From Podarcis erhardii (taxonomy: Eukaryota), in assembly GCA_964252035.1 (NCBI GenBank), contig OZ176202.1: a stretch of DNA of 64,000 bases, one strand, 5' to 3'. Positions 14,360 through 26,832 of this stretch are shown piece after piece (the first letter of the stretch is position 1; each line of letters begins with the position of its first letter). The notes under the pieces are model-generated. The model saw only the letters and a list, made by a program, of their open reading frames with translations, had not been told where the DNA came from and ran no database searches. The position numbers and the translations under genes are program-made.

Positions 14360-14613
14360 CAGTCATACCTCGGGTTGAATATGCTTTGGGATGAGCGCGT
14401 TCGAGTTGCGCTCCGCAACAACCTGGAAGTAACGGAGCGCATTACTTCCGGGTTTCGCCGCTTGCGCATGTGCAGACGCTCAAAATGATGTCATGCGCAG
14501 AAGCGGCGAAAAGCGACGCGTGTGTGCACAGATGTGCCGTCGCTAGTTACGTTTGCTTCTAGATGCGAACGAGGCTCCGGAATGGATCCCGTTCGCATCT
14601 AGATGTACCACTG
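14360..14613. mobile_element. CpG-rich Tigger-like MITE, related family with imperfect TIRs (254 bp)
   Basis: TA-cagtcatacctcgggttg ... catctagatgtaccactg-TA; subterminal 14-bp inverted repeat at 14558-14571 / 14590-14603. Confidence 0.8.
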
Positions 14614-14648
14614 TACAGAGAGGAGTGAAGCATGTGATTTCAGGCTAA

Positions 14649-14870
14649 ATGTGTTTCTTAAGGGTGTTTTTTGTTGTTGTTTTTGGTCACAGACCCCTTT
14701 GAGAATCTGATGAAAGTCCTCTCCCCAGAAAAATACACATAAACACAAACACACACACAATTTTGCACACAATTTATTCTATCACAGTAGAAAAATATTT
14801 TTTGTGTATGCTCTGTCCACAGACCTCATGAAGCCTATGGGGTCTACAGGTCACAGGTTAAGAACCCCTG
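14649..14870. mobile_element. hAT-Charlie non-autonomous element resembling mammalian MER112
   Basis: gacccctttgagaatctgatgaaag, cctctccccagaaaaatacacata, cacagacctcatgaagcc and a ggttaagaacccctg end are collinear with the MER112-type consensus as I recall it. The family name is unverified. Confidence 0.6.
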
Positions 14871-15484
14871 GTCTGAACCCTCAGTTGAACAGCCTTCTGC
14901 AAGCTACGGCTCCCCCCAGCCAATGTTTTATCAACGGCAACTTTGGTAAACCCCAGCTGGTATGGCCTTGCTGGCTGAGGCTGGTGGAAGTTGTAGTCTA
15001 AAACATCAGGAGGGGAATCAGTTTTGGGAATGCAGAACTAGAAGAAGTAGAACTTAATGGGAAGTGGGGTGTGGGGGAATGATTTCTGGTATGTGCATGA
15101 AGTGCACAGAACTCGGAAACCATAATGAGGGCAGCAGGGTTAGAAGTAGGGTAGCTTGGGTATGAGTAATAACCCTTCTCAGTAGTTAAAATAACCTTCT
15201 GAGGGCTTCATGATTGGTGGGCCAGAGGCGAAAAGTGGGTGGGGCAAAGGATGTGATTCTTATCTTGTATAGTGGGCTAAATTCAAGCCATGAAAAGGTT
15301 AGTGGTTTCTTCATACACATGTATGTGCATGCCCCTTCTCCTGGTCTCTATTCAGGCAAGCAGAATAGTTCAAGGACACATTTGAGCAGGCAAAAGCAGA
15401 GTCCCTAGAGCAGGGCTAGTAAGAGGACATGACTTAGAGAGAGATTTTAAGAGCTGGGTTCAGTCCCTGGGCCTGAGGTTGCCC

Positions 15485-15527
<43 letters not shown>

Positions 15528-15625
15528 GCCTGCCCATCTTGGCTGGGTTTCCCCAACCACTATGGGCAGTTTCCAGCACATATAAAAACATAATAAAATG
15601 TCAAATCAACATTTCAGACAATTCA
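15485..15625 (-). mobile_element. L2-type 3' end with (TAT)n tail at 15485-15527
   Basis: (TAT)14 followed by gcctgcccatcttggctgggtttccccaaccactatgggcagtttccagcac. Confidence 0.7.
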
Positions 15626-16218
15626 TTTGCAATTCATTACAAAACCCATCAGCAAAATTATAGCAGTAGGTTCTTGTACTTGCAAGATTGGTATAGACCA
15701 ATACTGGTATAGACACAATACTGGGGACATTTTTAACATGCCTAAGAGATCAGAAACTGGATACAGGATATTGTTCTCTCCCCTTCTCACTCTTCTTTCT
15801 GGAGGAAGTCCCTCACTTCGACCCTAACTAGAGCTATAACAGATGTGCTAGAACAAGCATCCACAACAGTTAGTGTTACAGGGAAATGTTAAGTAGGGAA
15901 TCACCTTAACCAAAACCTGAAATCAGATTTGGGACATTGGCAGAAATCCTAGCCAATTGACTAAATTAGTGAATTGGTAATACAACCAAATCTTTGGAAG
16001 AAGTGCTGGCACATAAGTGTTGTAGCAGGCTTTAATGAGGAGGTATTCCTCCTGTTTGAGAAATATATTTCTTTTTAATCTCTTGTAAGGACTTAAGTAT
16101 GTATTTATTTATTTTTAAGAACAGATGTCCAAATTAAAAAAACCTTAATTTAATAATGAAACTTAATTTTTTTTAAGGAAAACTGGGTATCAGGCTGGGG
16201 GGCATGCAAATCTTTTTT

Positions 16219-16420
16219 GGGATGGGTCATAGCTCGTTGGTAGAACATCTGTTTTGCATGTACCGGTAGGTTCCAGCTTTCATATACAGCATCTCCATTT
16301 GGGGCTGGGAGAGAAACCTGCCTGAAATCATCAAGAGACACTGCTAGTCACTTTAGACCAAACTGAGCTAGAGGAACCAATGGTCTGGCTTGGTATAAGG
16401 CAGATTGCTATGTTCCTATG
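16219..16420 (+). mobile_element. tRNA-headed SINE with CR1-type 3' tail
   Basis: gggtcatagctcgttggtagaacatctgttttgcatg head; tail actgagctagaggaaccaatggtctggcttggtataaggcagattgctatgttcctatg. Confidence 0.8.
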
Positions 16421-17619
16421 CTGTGTTTTCAGTATGGATGTTACATCTAACTTGTAGTGATTATATGGAGGAAAGCATAGTTGTCTCCAATGGCTGTATC
16501 ATTTTCAGTAGTGTTAGGGTTATTATTCCATTCTAACAGAAATTCCAAATATCACGGTTTGTCTCCGTTTCTACCTTACAGAGGCCAGGTAAAAAAGCTT
16601 TCTGAGTCTAAAGTTTTTTCCCTTACAGTAACGTGTGTGAGTGATAAGGTTTTTTTTTAACCTTCTTAATTATATTTTCAGAATGTAATTGTGTTTGTCC
16701 TTTGCTCTACATAAATACATAAACCAATACATAATAATGCGAGCAGCTGAATAATTCTAAGCATTAAAATTGAATAGTGTAAGAAGTCACAGTCTTTATG
16801 CCAATGGTATTGAAATGCTCCTTTGATGTGACATGCAGCTCTGCTATGACTAGCTTCTACTACCATTGGGAAAAGGACAGGAGACTTTTAACACTGCAGA
16901 TGAAATAGGATTATCGAAAGACTTTAAATGTAAACCAACTGTTAGGAGTGTAGCTTTAAAATTAAGGGCTAAAATATGAAGACTCCAGCTAAAAGTTCTT
17001 TAGCTGCTGATTAGGATTCCCTGATGGTGATTAGTGAGTGTGGAATGCAATCATGCCTGTAAGCTTTAATCAATCCCATGATGGAGAAGTCAGTTGCTCA
17101 AAGAGAGACCAAATTAATACATATATTGTTTCTATTGGGCTTATTATGTTTAACACTAAAAAAAAAAAAAAAAGTAGGCAAATTTGTGATGAAGTATTTC
17201 GGATCCAGAAGCATGTGAACAGTCCAGAAGCATGTGAACTTTACTACCAAATGTTCTGTCTGTCTTTATCCTAAGAATGTTTTATTTTGCATTGCACAAC
17301 ATTCTGACATGTCTTTTGTGTTGTGTTGTGTGAGCAATTAATCTCACTGTGCAGTAACCCAAGACCTTTTCAAATAGCAATTTTCCTTGTGTAAGTATTT
17401 CAAATGTTGAGAGATCTCCATTTTTATTTACCTAACCACTTCTCTGTGTATATATTTAAAGTCATGTATTTCTGTTATTAAGATGTTCTAGTGTATGAAA
17501 GCTTAGAGAATAGTTTGTGATGTGAACAGGTCACCTGATAATAAGAGACCCTGCCTGTGTTGAAGTCAGGTGACCCAACAATATGACCAATGATTTTTCT
17601 GCAGACCATGGAACCAGCA

Positions 17620-17941
17620 CAGGGGTCAGCAACCTTTTTCAGTCATGGGCTGGTCCACTGTCCCTCAGACCATGTGGTGGGCCAGACTATATTTGGGGGG
17701 GGGGGAATGAATGAATTTCTATGCCCCACAAATAACCCAGAGATGCATTTTAAATAAAAGGACACATTCTACTCATGTAAAAACACCAGGCAGGCCCCAC
17801 AAATAACCCAGAGATGCATATTAAATAAAATGACACATTCTACTCATATAAAAACACGCTGATTTCTGGACCAGCCGCAGGCCAGATTGAGAAAGCAATT
17901 GGGCTGCATCCGGCCCATGGGCCTTAGGTTGCCTACCCCTG
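17620..17941. mobile_element. hAT-Charlie-type MITE (322 bp) with an internal 71-bp tandem duplication
   Basis: TIRs caggggtcagcaacc / ggttgcctacccctg; degenerate 8-bp TSD aaccagca / aactagga; repeat units start at 17723 and 17794. Confidence 0.85.
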
Positions 17942-19407
17942 AACTAGGATCTCAAATGCAGTTTCCATAAGCTTGAGCACAATTATAAGAACATCAGTTT
18001 TCACTATAAGGGAAGGCCTTCGTGTTTCATTGGGGTGGGGGTAATCCAAGTTCAGATCTCCTTGTCCTTAGAAACAACTTTTCCCTTCCTACTTCCTCAT
18101 GTGTTCAGATCTAACATCCACCATGCAATCATTGCTACTATTATATAATTATTAACATGTATGTATGTATTGCCTTTATGTACCAAGATAATGCATAGTT
18201 TCAAACAATATTAGAATAAACAAATGATACAAAATATCCTTAGGCAACATCAGGAACTGATGCCACAAACTCCCAGACCTTACGTCCAGCTTCCCTCAGA
18301 GCAGACAGCTCCTAAGGAAGGTGGGAGAGGGATAATAACATTACTAATAATAGCAATTTATACATTTAAAAATATTCAGAACTGCCCCTTCCAAATTGCA
18401 GTAAAATTAAGCATTTGCATACACTGTGCAAATTTACTCAAACTGCACAATAATTTTAAAGGCATTTTTCCAGATTTGCCACAGAAATCCATTCTTCCGA
18501 CCACTGTGTGCTTGGGCTGCAATTTTATTCTTGCTTACTTAGAAGAAAGATCCACAGAACTCATTGTAGTTATTTCTTTATATTGTATTTCTAAAAGTTT
18601 GAGATGTAGCTTTTCTGAGTTCAAATGCAGCTTACACATTGCAATTCAAAAACACAATCTGTTATATTCAACTAAGTCATATTCAAAGTAGACCGGTTGT
18701 AAAAAATGAACTTGGTAGCTCAAGTTACTTAGGTCCATAGATTTCATTGAGTCTGCACTGAGTATGACTGTTGGAAATCACCCAGTATCAATAAAACTTC
18801 TTTTAGAAACCTAAAAAAACTTACAGCATGCCATAATATGAAGCAGCAATTTATAGAGAACAGGTGAAGAAAGAAGTCAAAGAGAGGCTTGCTTATGTAA
18901 AGCTCACTTTATTTACCTTCAAGTACATATGCAGAGAGTTGGGCTGTTCTTGTACATTCAAACTAGGGCTGTGATTGCTGGCATTCCTAGTCCCTATTTC
19001 ATATTGATGAGCAAAAGCTATAGAGGTTGTTTGAAACTTTGATCACCTTTTGTCTGATTTGGATAAACGTCCACTTTACATTGTTGTTTTTGCCTGCCTC
19101 TACTACCTTGTATTGCTTACTGAGTGATGCTGGAAATGTATGTTTGTAACAGCTGTATTAAGGCATTCTTAATGGCTGGGAGGAGAATTCTCAGTGATTT
19201 CTTTGTATAACTTTGAAGCAGTCTTGATGGTGGAATGAGCATAATCCAAGTGAATAACTTGCCGGACCCATCATTCAGTTCGCCTTATGCTGATGCATAG
19301 GGACATATGAGCTGATGCACTGCTAAGATGTGCTGTACACCCTTGCAAAATTCCATAGCATCTGCTTAAGGAAAGTAACAACTCTGTTATTTTGTTTCTG
19401 TATTCAG

Positions 19408-19490
19408 AAATACTGCAGCACTATCCAGCTGGATTCCGGAATAGACTATAGGAAACAAGCGCTACCAGCAGCTGGAAAGCTATATTACCT
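19408..19490 (+). CDS. AFG1L: AFG1L coding exon 8 equivalent (83 nt)
   Basis: tattcAG|AAATAC...TACCT|GTaagt; KYCSTIQLDSGIDYRKQALPAAGKLYY(L), with the family motif LDSGIDYR. Confidence 0.96.
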
Positions 19491-20972
19491 GTAAGTTGTT
19501 AAAGCTAAAGGTATTTTTCTTTCCTTCACTAGCCAACATGTCTTGCCACAGGGGCAAGTAAAAACACTCCCCACCCTCACCCCACAAAACCAAACAAATG
19601 CCAACTATCTTCTGTTTTGCCACAGTGCTAGTGCCATCAGATGGCATTTTCAGTATCTTCAGTTACATCGTTTAAAATGTGTGACTGAATCAAAACTAAT
19701 TAGATTTTGGGGGGAGGTGTGGTGTTTGCAGAACTGAAGTGACAGATGGTTATAAAGCAATGAATATCCTCTTGTAAAAGAGTGTGCAATTCCCTGGTAA
19801 ATAAAAGAGCATCCTTTATTGTAGTAAACTAATTATTTATACAAATCCTCTGACAAGGACTCATTTACTGTTGGGTGTTACCATTTGTGGATTGAAAAAC
19901 TTGTCTTATTTTGACAGATGATCTGCTTGTATCTAGGATGTTGATTTCCTTCAGCATTTATTCTCTGTTTGAAGATGATAAAAAAATAATACCATAATAC
20001 AGCTATAAGTACAATTTATCTGTATAGCTTTGATTTCTGTTTCCCTAATGATAGTTTACCCTCAGAGCAATTTGAGAATACAAGTATATGTGATGCAAAG
20101 TTGTTCCAACATTTAAGAAGAGAAAGTGGTTTTAATCAAGCCAATACAAGTACAAATCTACTTGTAGCTTTATTATGGCATTGTTTTTTTAATATTATTT
20201 TTGAGGAGTTTAAATAAGGACTGGGCTTTCCAGCTAGCAAAATGATTAGCCCCAGTCTAGGACTATAATGGGAGTGTGCCATTTAGTTCATAATCCAGGG
20301 GTAGCACCTTGGATATAATTTTTGGGGTGAGTTTTATACTCAGGATTGCCAGACAACTGGATATGACCTAAAGTTTTAGGTTTTAACCTTATTCTTAGGC
20401 TTCTGGGGAAGGAATAAAATATTGGAGTTAGGGACTTGTTAATTAAAAGTTACTGAGCATTGCTTCCCATCCTGAGCAGGAAAAAAGAAATTTCACTTCA
20501 CATAGTGGGTTCAAGGCCACAATTGGTGCTTGCAATACAAACAAATGATTTTGAAATACTAAAATTTTATCTTTTAAGGAAGAAACAATTTATTTTCTCA
20601 TATTGTGGTAGAATTCATGCATGTTGATATTGTGTTAAGCTTGGACTGCATTGAATGTTGATTGGTACTTCTATAGAAACATGTTTTTTCCTCCTGCAAA
20701 TCTGGAATAAGAATCAAAGGGCTTGGGCAAAATTTGATTTTTTTCACCCATAAACAGTGTTACCACTCCAGCTCTATAAAGGAGAGGTGCTAGGTAATGT
20801 TATGGGGATGGATTTCTGCTTCTGGCATTGCTACATTTTGAGCTAAATGTATATATATGGGAGCAAGGACAGAAGAATCCCACAAAGTCTAATTTATATT
20901 TCAGGGCCTTCTCTCCAAGTGGGCAAGATGAGATACTAATGGATTGCTAATGGTGAGGCACCATCCTTAGTA

Positions 20973-21181
20973 CAGTGGTACCTTGGGTTACAGACGCTTC
21001 AGGTTACAGACTCCGCTAGCCCAGAAATAGTACCTCGGGTTAAGAACTTTACTTCAGGATTAGAAAAGAAATCAAGTGGCAGCGGCACAGCAGCAGCGGG
21101 AGGCCCCATTAGCTAAAGTGGTACCTCAGGTTAAGAACGGACCTCCAGAACGAATTAAGTTCTTAACCCGAGGTACCACTG
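20973..21181. mobile_element. Tc1/mariner (Tigger/pogo-like) MITE, complete, 209 bp
   Basis: TIRs cagtggtaccttgggtta / taacccgaggtaccactg; TA target duplications at 20971-72 and 21182-83. Confidence 0.92.
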
Positions 21182-21740
21182 TATACATATTTGCTAGCAT
21201 TGTACTTTTGCCTGAATATAACATTTTTGCATTCTGTATCCAGACTAAGTCCAGTTTAAACATAAAGAACCATAAGAAGAGAGACCAGGAGTCTCTAACA
21301 ATCGTTAACACCTAGACAGCAAAGCAAGCAAATACATATGCCACATGGTCATAGTATTTCCTACTATAGTAATATGTATTGCATTTCTGTTTAAATTATA
21401 GTACAGTAAATGGGTGATGTCTAGCTGAATCCCTTTGAGAGACTTGGGAAAGGTGTCAGGGGCTGCAGGGAAAGGAAAGGAAAGGAAAGGCCCATTGCGC
21501 AAGTAAACTTCTTCTCATGCAACACAGAGTATCAACCTATAATTCTAAAATGGTATATAAACATATAAATTATCACTATATGCGAATTTTATGCAAATCT
21601 GCTTCCTTTTTTGTACTTTTTGGATGGTTATGCGTAAGTGGCTGCTTCAATCATTGCTGAAAATTTCCTGTAATTTCATAATCTTTGGCCATCTCAAATT
21701 ATTTGGAGAAGGATTTTAGATATGTCAAAACTAATTAGAT

Positions 21741-21828
21741 ACAGTATGATCCTATACATGTTTACTTTTAAGTAAAGCCCACTGAATTTAGTGGGACTTA
21801 TTCCTAAGTAAGAGGGCATAGGAATGCA
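21741..21828. repeat. Short palindromic repeat; related copies near 10101-10186 and 45520-45600
   Basis: atcctatacatgtttac...cccactgaatttagtggg...gcataggaat forms an imperfect hairpin. Confidence 0.55.
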
Positions 21829-22487
21829 AACTTTATTCTAGAAAATGCCAGATCAACACATTACATTTTATTTGTATCCATTTAAACCTGTGATAAAATA
21901 ATATTTACTTCAGATATAATTTCACTGCACCCTCTTAGAGGTTTGTAAGGGTTCCCCTTCAGATGCTTGCTAGCTTTTGCTTCTTTGCTCTCATTTTGTG
22001 TGCAAGATATAGACAAAAGCTTATCTTTCTCACTCTGTGTGTGTGTATGCATTGTTGGCATCTGTCTGTCTCAAGAGACAATGGAACAGTGCGCCATTGA
22101 GAGTAAGTCAAAGCATTGGGCAGTTATGGTGCCTGCTGTGGCTGTAGAGACCAACATGGGAGAGACATGTTTCATTGCAGGTGGGGCAAATGAAGGCGTC
22201 CAGTTTTGCTGCTACTGATGCACCATGGGGTTTCTTCTCTCTACGCTCCTCCCAGCGTGTGTGTGTGTGTGTATCTATCTATCTGATGGCCTGGCCTGGC
22301 ATTGCCTCATTACTGGAAACAGCTTGAAACACAAAAGTCTTCCTATGTATGCAAATAAAGCAGAATCATCTACCTGAGAGTTAATGTTCTCTGCTTTTAA
22401 GTGTATTCTAACTCTAATGTTTGTATTTACAACATAACATCCTGTTCTGTCTTTCTCACTCTCTCTCCTTTTTTCTGGGCAAAAAGC

Positions 22488-22915
22488 NNNNNNNNNNNNN
22501 NNNNNNNNNNNNNNNNNNNNNNNNNNNNNNNNNNNNNNNNNNNNNNNNNNNNNNNNNNNNNNNNNNNNNNNNNNNNNNNNNNNNNNNNNNNNNNNNNNNN
22601 NNNNNNNNNNNNNNNNNNNNNNNNNNNNNNNNNNNNNNNNNNNNNNNNNNNNNNNNNNNNNNNNNNNNNNNNNNNNNNNNNNNNNNNNNNNNNNNNNNNN
22701 NNNNNNNNNNNNNNNNNNNNNNNTATGNNNNNNNNNNNNNNNNNNNNNNNNNNNNNNNNNNNNNNNNNNNNNNNNNNNNNNNNNNNNNNNNNNNNNNNNN
22801 NNNNNNNNNNNNNNNNNNNNNNNNNNNNNNNNNNNNNNNNNNNNNNNNNNNNNNNNNNNNNNNNNNNNNNNNNNNNNNNNNNNNNNNNNNNNNNNNNNNN
22901 NNNNNNNNNNNNNNN
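22488..22915. other. Assembly gap (236 N + TATG + 188 N), predicted to hide AFG1L exon 9 and the start of exon 10
   Basis: N run with a 4-base island at 22724-22727; coding sequence resumes mid-exon at 22916. Confidence 0.9.
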
Positions 22916-22992
22916 TACAAGGCAGAGAGCTGAGAGTGAATAAAGCGTGTGGAACCATTGCAGACTTCACATTTGAAGAGCTGTGTGACAGA
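22916..22992 (+). CDS. AFG1L: AFG1L coding exon 10 equivalent, 5' end lost in N gap (77 nt visible)
   Basis: (V)QGRELRVNKACGTIADFTFEELCDR|GTgagt; the acceptor and about 23 nt are hidden in the gap. Confidence 0.95.
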
Positions 22993-24989
22993 GTGAGTAC
23001 CCAGTCAAGCCTAGATCAGTTGGGCTTTTCAGGCTTCTCCCCCCCTCTCTTTTTTATTATATTATCCCAGCTCCAAACAAGCTTTGAGATATCCTTTGAG
23101 CCTACAACAACAAGAATAACAAGAAAACTTGAATTCTAGAGTTGAAAAGTAAAACTGAAAGGGTGAAAAAAAGCATAACACAATCAGTTTCTCTTGAAAG
23201 TGATCTCTATGATAAACAATTTAAATGTGTGAATAAAATTCTGGAACTTGCTAAGGCACTAGTGTCCAAAAGAAATTCACATCTAGATGTCAGTTGTTAA
23301 ATGCTGATCACTTAGGTAAGGAGCACAAAGAATAAAAACTTCCTTTCAGAATCAGACCAAAGGTCCATCTATCACATGTCTCCAATGGTGAATTACATTT
23401 GATCTATCCTAGCTGTTTTCACTTACTTCCAGTAAGTAAAAACAAAGGATAAGACTTCCATCTAAATACCTTTTCAGCCAAGGATTCACATGCTACCCTT
23501 GGAATTACTACTCCATGGTGACTCTCTGTGAGACCCTAGAGAATATTCTTTAAGAAACTGCCCATCTGTACCTGTACTGAGAATGTAGAGCTGCCAGCCA
23601 GGTAGCTTACTAAAGAGGCCTGTTTCCTTGATCAAGGGCAAAAGCTGTTCAATGGTTGTCTTACCTACTGTGACTTTATAGGTAAAGTATATTAAGATAC
23701 TCTGATAGGTAGTTTTGTGTACTGTGGATACTAGAGTTCTATAATTGCATATAGTATATATTCTAAAAAGATTTACTTTTTTTTTGAATGTAAAATGATC
23801 TCTAGAAATCTTATCTAATGGTTGTATGACCAAAAGTGTCTAGCATTGTGTGTCTTAAGTGTTCGCCTTGTTGGGCCTTTTTCTGAGTACTCAGAATTGC
23901 AGCTCATGAGGAAAGTAGTTGTATAGTCAGGAAACTGCCCCTCTGCAGACATGCCCCCAATATATAGGTCATATTGGAGGTGGTGTGTGACTCTGGAATC
24001 CATGTAGGGCTTGGGTTTGTATAGCCCTGACCTCCTACCTCAAACATTTATGGCTGTTATGAGACAAATAGGCTTTCTGCAATAAGGACAGGCGCCACTT
24101 AAACTGGAGGGGAAACAGATTGCTGGTACATCAAAAAAAGTGGCAGAGTAGCTTTGAAACCGATCACTGAGGAAAAGTTGATAGGAGCTGAAGAACACGT
24201 GGTTAGGGTGAAAATGGGAGTGTTCAATATGGGAGTGGAGCAGAATTAGGCAATGAAAGTGTAAGGGTACATGATAACCATTTAGTGCGGTAGGGGGAAA
24301 TTTGGAGAGCGACACCACATATAGATGGTCATACTCTTCCGCAAGAAGTCTGTGAGCCAAAATGGGCAAGCTAGAGTGTCCTTCAAAACCAAAGGAGAGC
24401 ATAGATATAGTAGCCAATGTTGAATGGAAAGAACCAGTGAGATACAGTTATCTTTACGGTACTAATATTCTATGAAGCAAAGGGAAGGGCATATGAGAAT
24501 GGTGTAACTGTATGTGAAAGAGAAGATAAAATCAAAGAAACTTGACATCTCCAAAGGAACAGGCTTTTTCACAGGAAGTGGGATGATAATGCATACCCCA
24601 AAGTAATAGAATTGGGGATATATTATTACCCCCTCAGCAGAATGCCCAGGGGGATCTTGAGATGGACAGTGCAATCAATTAGGCATCTAAAAGGATAAAG
24701 TGTTGTTGTAATGAATGTCTTAAATTACTCTCACATTGACTGTGGGTAGATTCATGTTCTGGTCACAATCAACATATGGACAATTGTCAGAGAAGTCCAG
24801 CATGATTGCACTTGACTTCAGAAGCAGGGGGGAAATGAGGTAGAGCTGCATCAGTGAAACCAGCCACCTTCTGAGTCTCTTCCCCCTCACAGTCCTTCCT
24901 CTGGAAGCAGCTCCCTTATAAAGGCTCCCAGGGCTGGAGGGTGGGGCAAGGCAGATGGAAAAAACCATTAGCTGCTCGATATTGTATCA

Positions 24990-25091
24990 TTGGGAAAAGT
25001 GCAGAAAAGGGCTACCAGAATTATCACTGAGTTGGAACAACTCTACCATGATGAAAAGTTATAATATTTTGGGGTTTCAGCTGAGAAAAAA
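24990..25091 (+). mobile_element. CR1 LINE ORF2 C-terminal relic
   Basis: LGKVQKRATRIITELEQLYHDEKL*YFGVSAEKK matches the CR1 pattern LEKVQ.RAT.MI.GLE.L.YEERL..LGLFSLEK. Confidence 0.8.
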
Positions 25092-25148
25092 ACCAAGTAA
25101 AGGGAGGGACTCTTGTTTAATTCATTGGCCTGTAGGACCCCTCAGGAC

Positions 25149-25191
<43 letters not shown>
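25149..25191. repeat. (AAT)n microsatellite
   Basis: About 14 units. Confidence 0.98.
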
Positions 25192-25192
<1 letters not shown>

Positions 25193-26333
25193 CCATCAAC
25201 TTACGCTAACTTTGAGTGTAACTTTGGGTCAGCACAAAAAAACAAATGCTCTTCTAGTAAATGTGTTGGTGCAAGGTCATTTTCCTTGCTCAGACAAGTA
25301 GGCAATGAAACATGATTGTTGCCTTTTGTGGTAAAATAATAAAATGGAAATTTAAGAGTTTTGTCCTATGCATTTGCATTCAGAGATGATTACAACCAAA
25401 TTCAGTGGGGCTGGCTTCTTAGTTAGTGCAATTAGGATTACATGCTAAATTCTAAACATTACAAAATTATTTTTAACAATAATTCAAGCCCCAGAAATGT
25501 TCACATGGCAGTATTTAACACTACATACAGATTGTGAAAATGAGTTGGTAGTTATTTATAGTCTGAACACACACTCATAAAAGTCTAATTAACTTTGAAA
25601 TGGAAATATGGTTTTTCTTTCATTCCTAGGTCATTCAAGGCCAGCCCTACCTTCGTGCATGACCACCCACTTGATTTAGACATAGTGGTTGAATCATGCC
25701 CCCCCCCCACCCCACATGGATTAGTCCATATGCATTAGACTGCAACATAGAATAAATCTTGTAGGTTTCATATTTGCAGTTATATATATTTGTGGCACTC
25801 AGAGCTTTAAACAGTGACAAATCTCAGCGGACTGATTTGCACATAATGCTTTAGCACCATGTGCATGATCTGGAAGGAGCCTGAACATTGCCTTGGGCTT
25901 GGTGCTCCCCTCTCCTCTCCACATAAGGAAGGAATAATACCGGTGTAGCTTTATGTACAGACCTGATTTTGTGCTTTAAAAGAAACTCTGGTTAGTTAAA
26001 CAAGCCAGCTTCATAATCCATGGTTTGAAGTTGGCTTGTTAGAAACTTAGCACGGAGTTTCTTCTAAATGACACTTTGTCACTGTCAGGATTTATGGAAT
26101 GTAAAATGAAAGACTGCAGAACTCCTCTAAATCACACAACAGGGTCAGGAGTGTGCAAATCTGAGCTTTGATCTTATTGCAGCTCATGCACATTGCACTA
26201 AACCATTGCTTAGTACAGAGGTTGTCAATCTAGAGAACACCTTCTTCTGTGCGTGGTGCACATGGGGTCTATGTGTGAGAGTGGGAGGGTGACTATGAAG
26301 GAAGGGTAGGATCTTGGCCAGGGAGGGCAGGGT

Positions 26334-26336
<3 letters not shown>

Positions 26337-26379
<43 letters not shown>
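26337..26379. repeat. (CAA)n microsatellite
   Basis: About 14 units. Confidence 0.98.
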
Positions 26380-26813
26380 TATAAATTGAATGAATAATAA
26401 CAACAGCATACCCAGAATGTGTCAAACTCAAATAATAAGCAAGTGTCATGTGCAGATTTTTATGTATATTATTTCCCAGCCTCTGTGTTGGTCGTAAGTT
26501 CTAGACATTGCATAACAAATGGAAGAAGGTCCACTGCATCACATTGAACAATTGTTTTCATTACACAGTTGCTTTTTATAGATGGCCCTGACTGTATAAC
26601 ACACAGAAAGTCGTTTCACATGTCTCTTCTTACCATCCACCTGTTTCATCCATTTAACCTTGTTTCGGAATCTAGCATCTGTCTATAATGTAAATTAATA
26701 CTGACCAGAAAGGTAGGTGCAGCATAAATCTTATTTTTAATATCTCCATGTTATCTATATTTCTTAATGCTTCTTTGAAATAAAAACTTTCAGCCATGAT
26801 TATGCATAGCAAA

Positions 26814-26832
26814 TACTGCCCTCTGATGGCAA
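26814..26832 (-). promoter_or_regulatory. Candidate CTCF site
   Basis: Reverse complement reads TTGCCATCAGAGGGCAGTA, close to the CTCF core CC[AG][CG][CT]AG[AG][GT]GGC[AG] with one mismatch. Confidence 0.5.

Noticed and set aside
16219-16290. tRNA-like sequences (also SINE heads at 3114, 29230, 40516 and 46762) as tRNA genes
   Set aside because: No complete cloverleaf; each continues into a SINE body and tail.
17204-17239. Direct repeat tccagaagcatgtgaac x2; CRISPR-like arrays generally
   Set aside because: A simple two-copy local duplication; no repeat-spacer arrays exist in this vertebrate window.
18224-18691. 155-aa intronic ORF
   Set aside because: No recognisable homology or exon signals; compatible with chance.
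23900-24420. Possible ancient CR1 endonuclease relic (GHIGGGV frame near 23966-23987)
   Set aside because: Only a 7-residue match; the flanks are too degenerate to support a call by eye.
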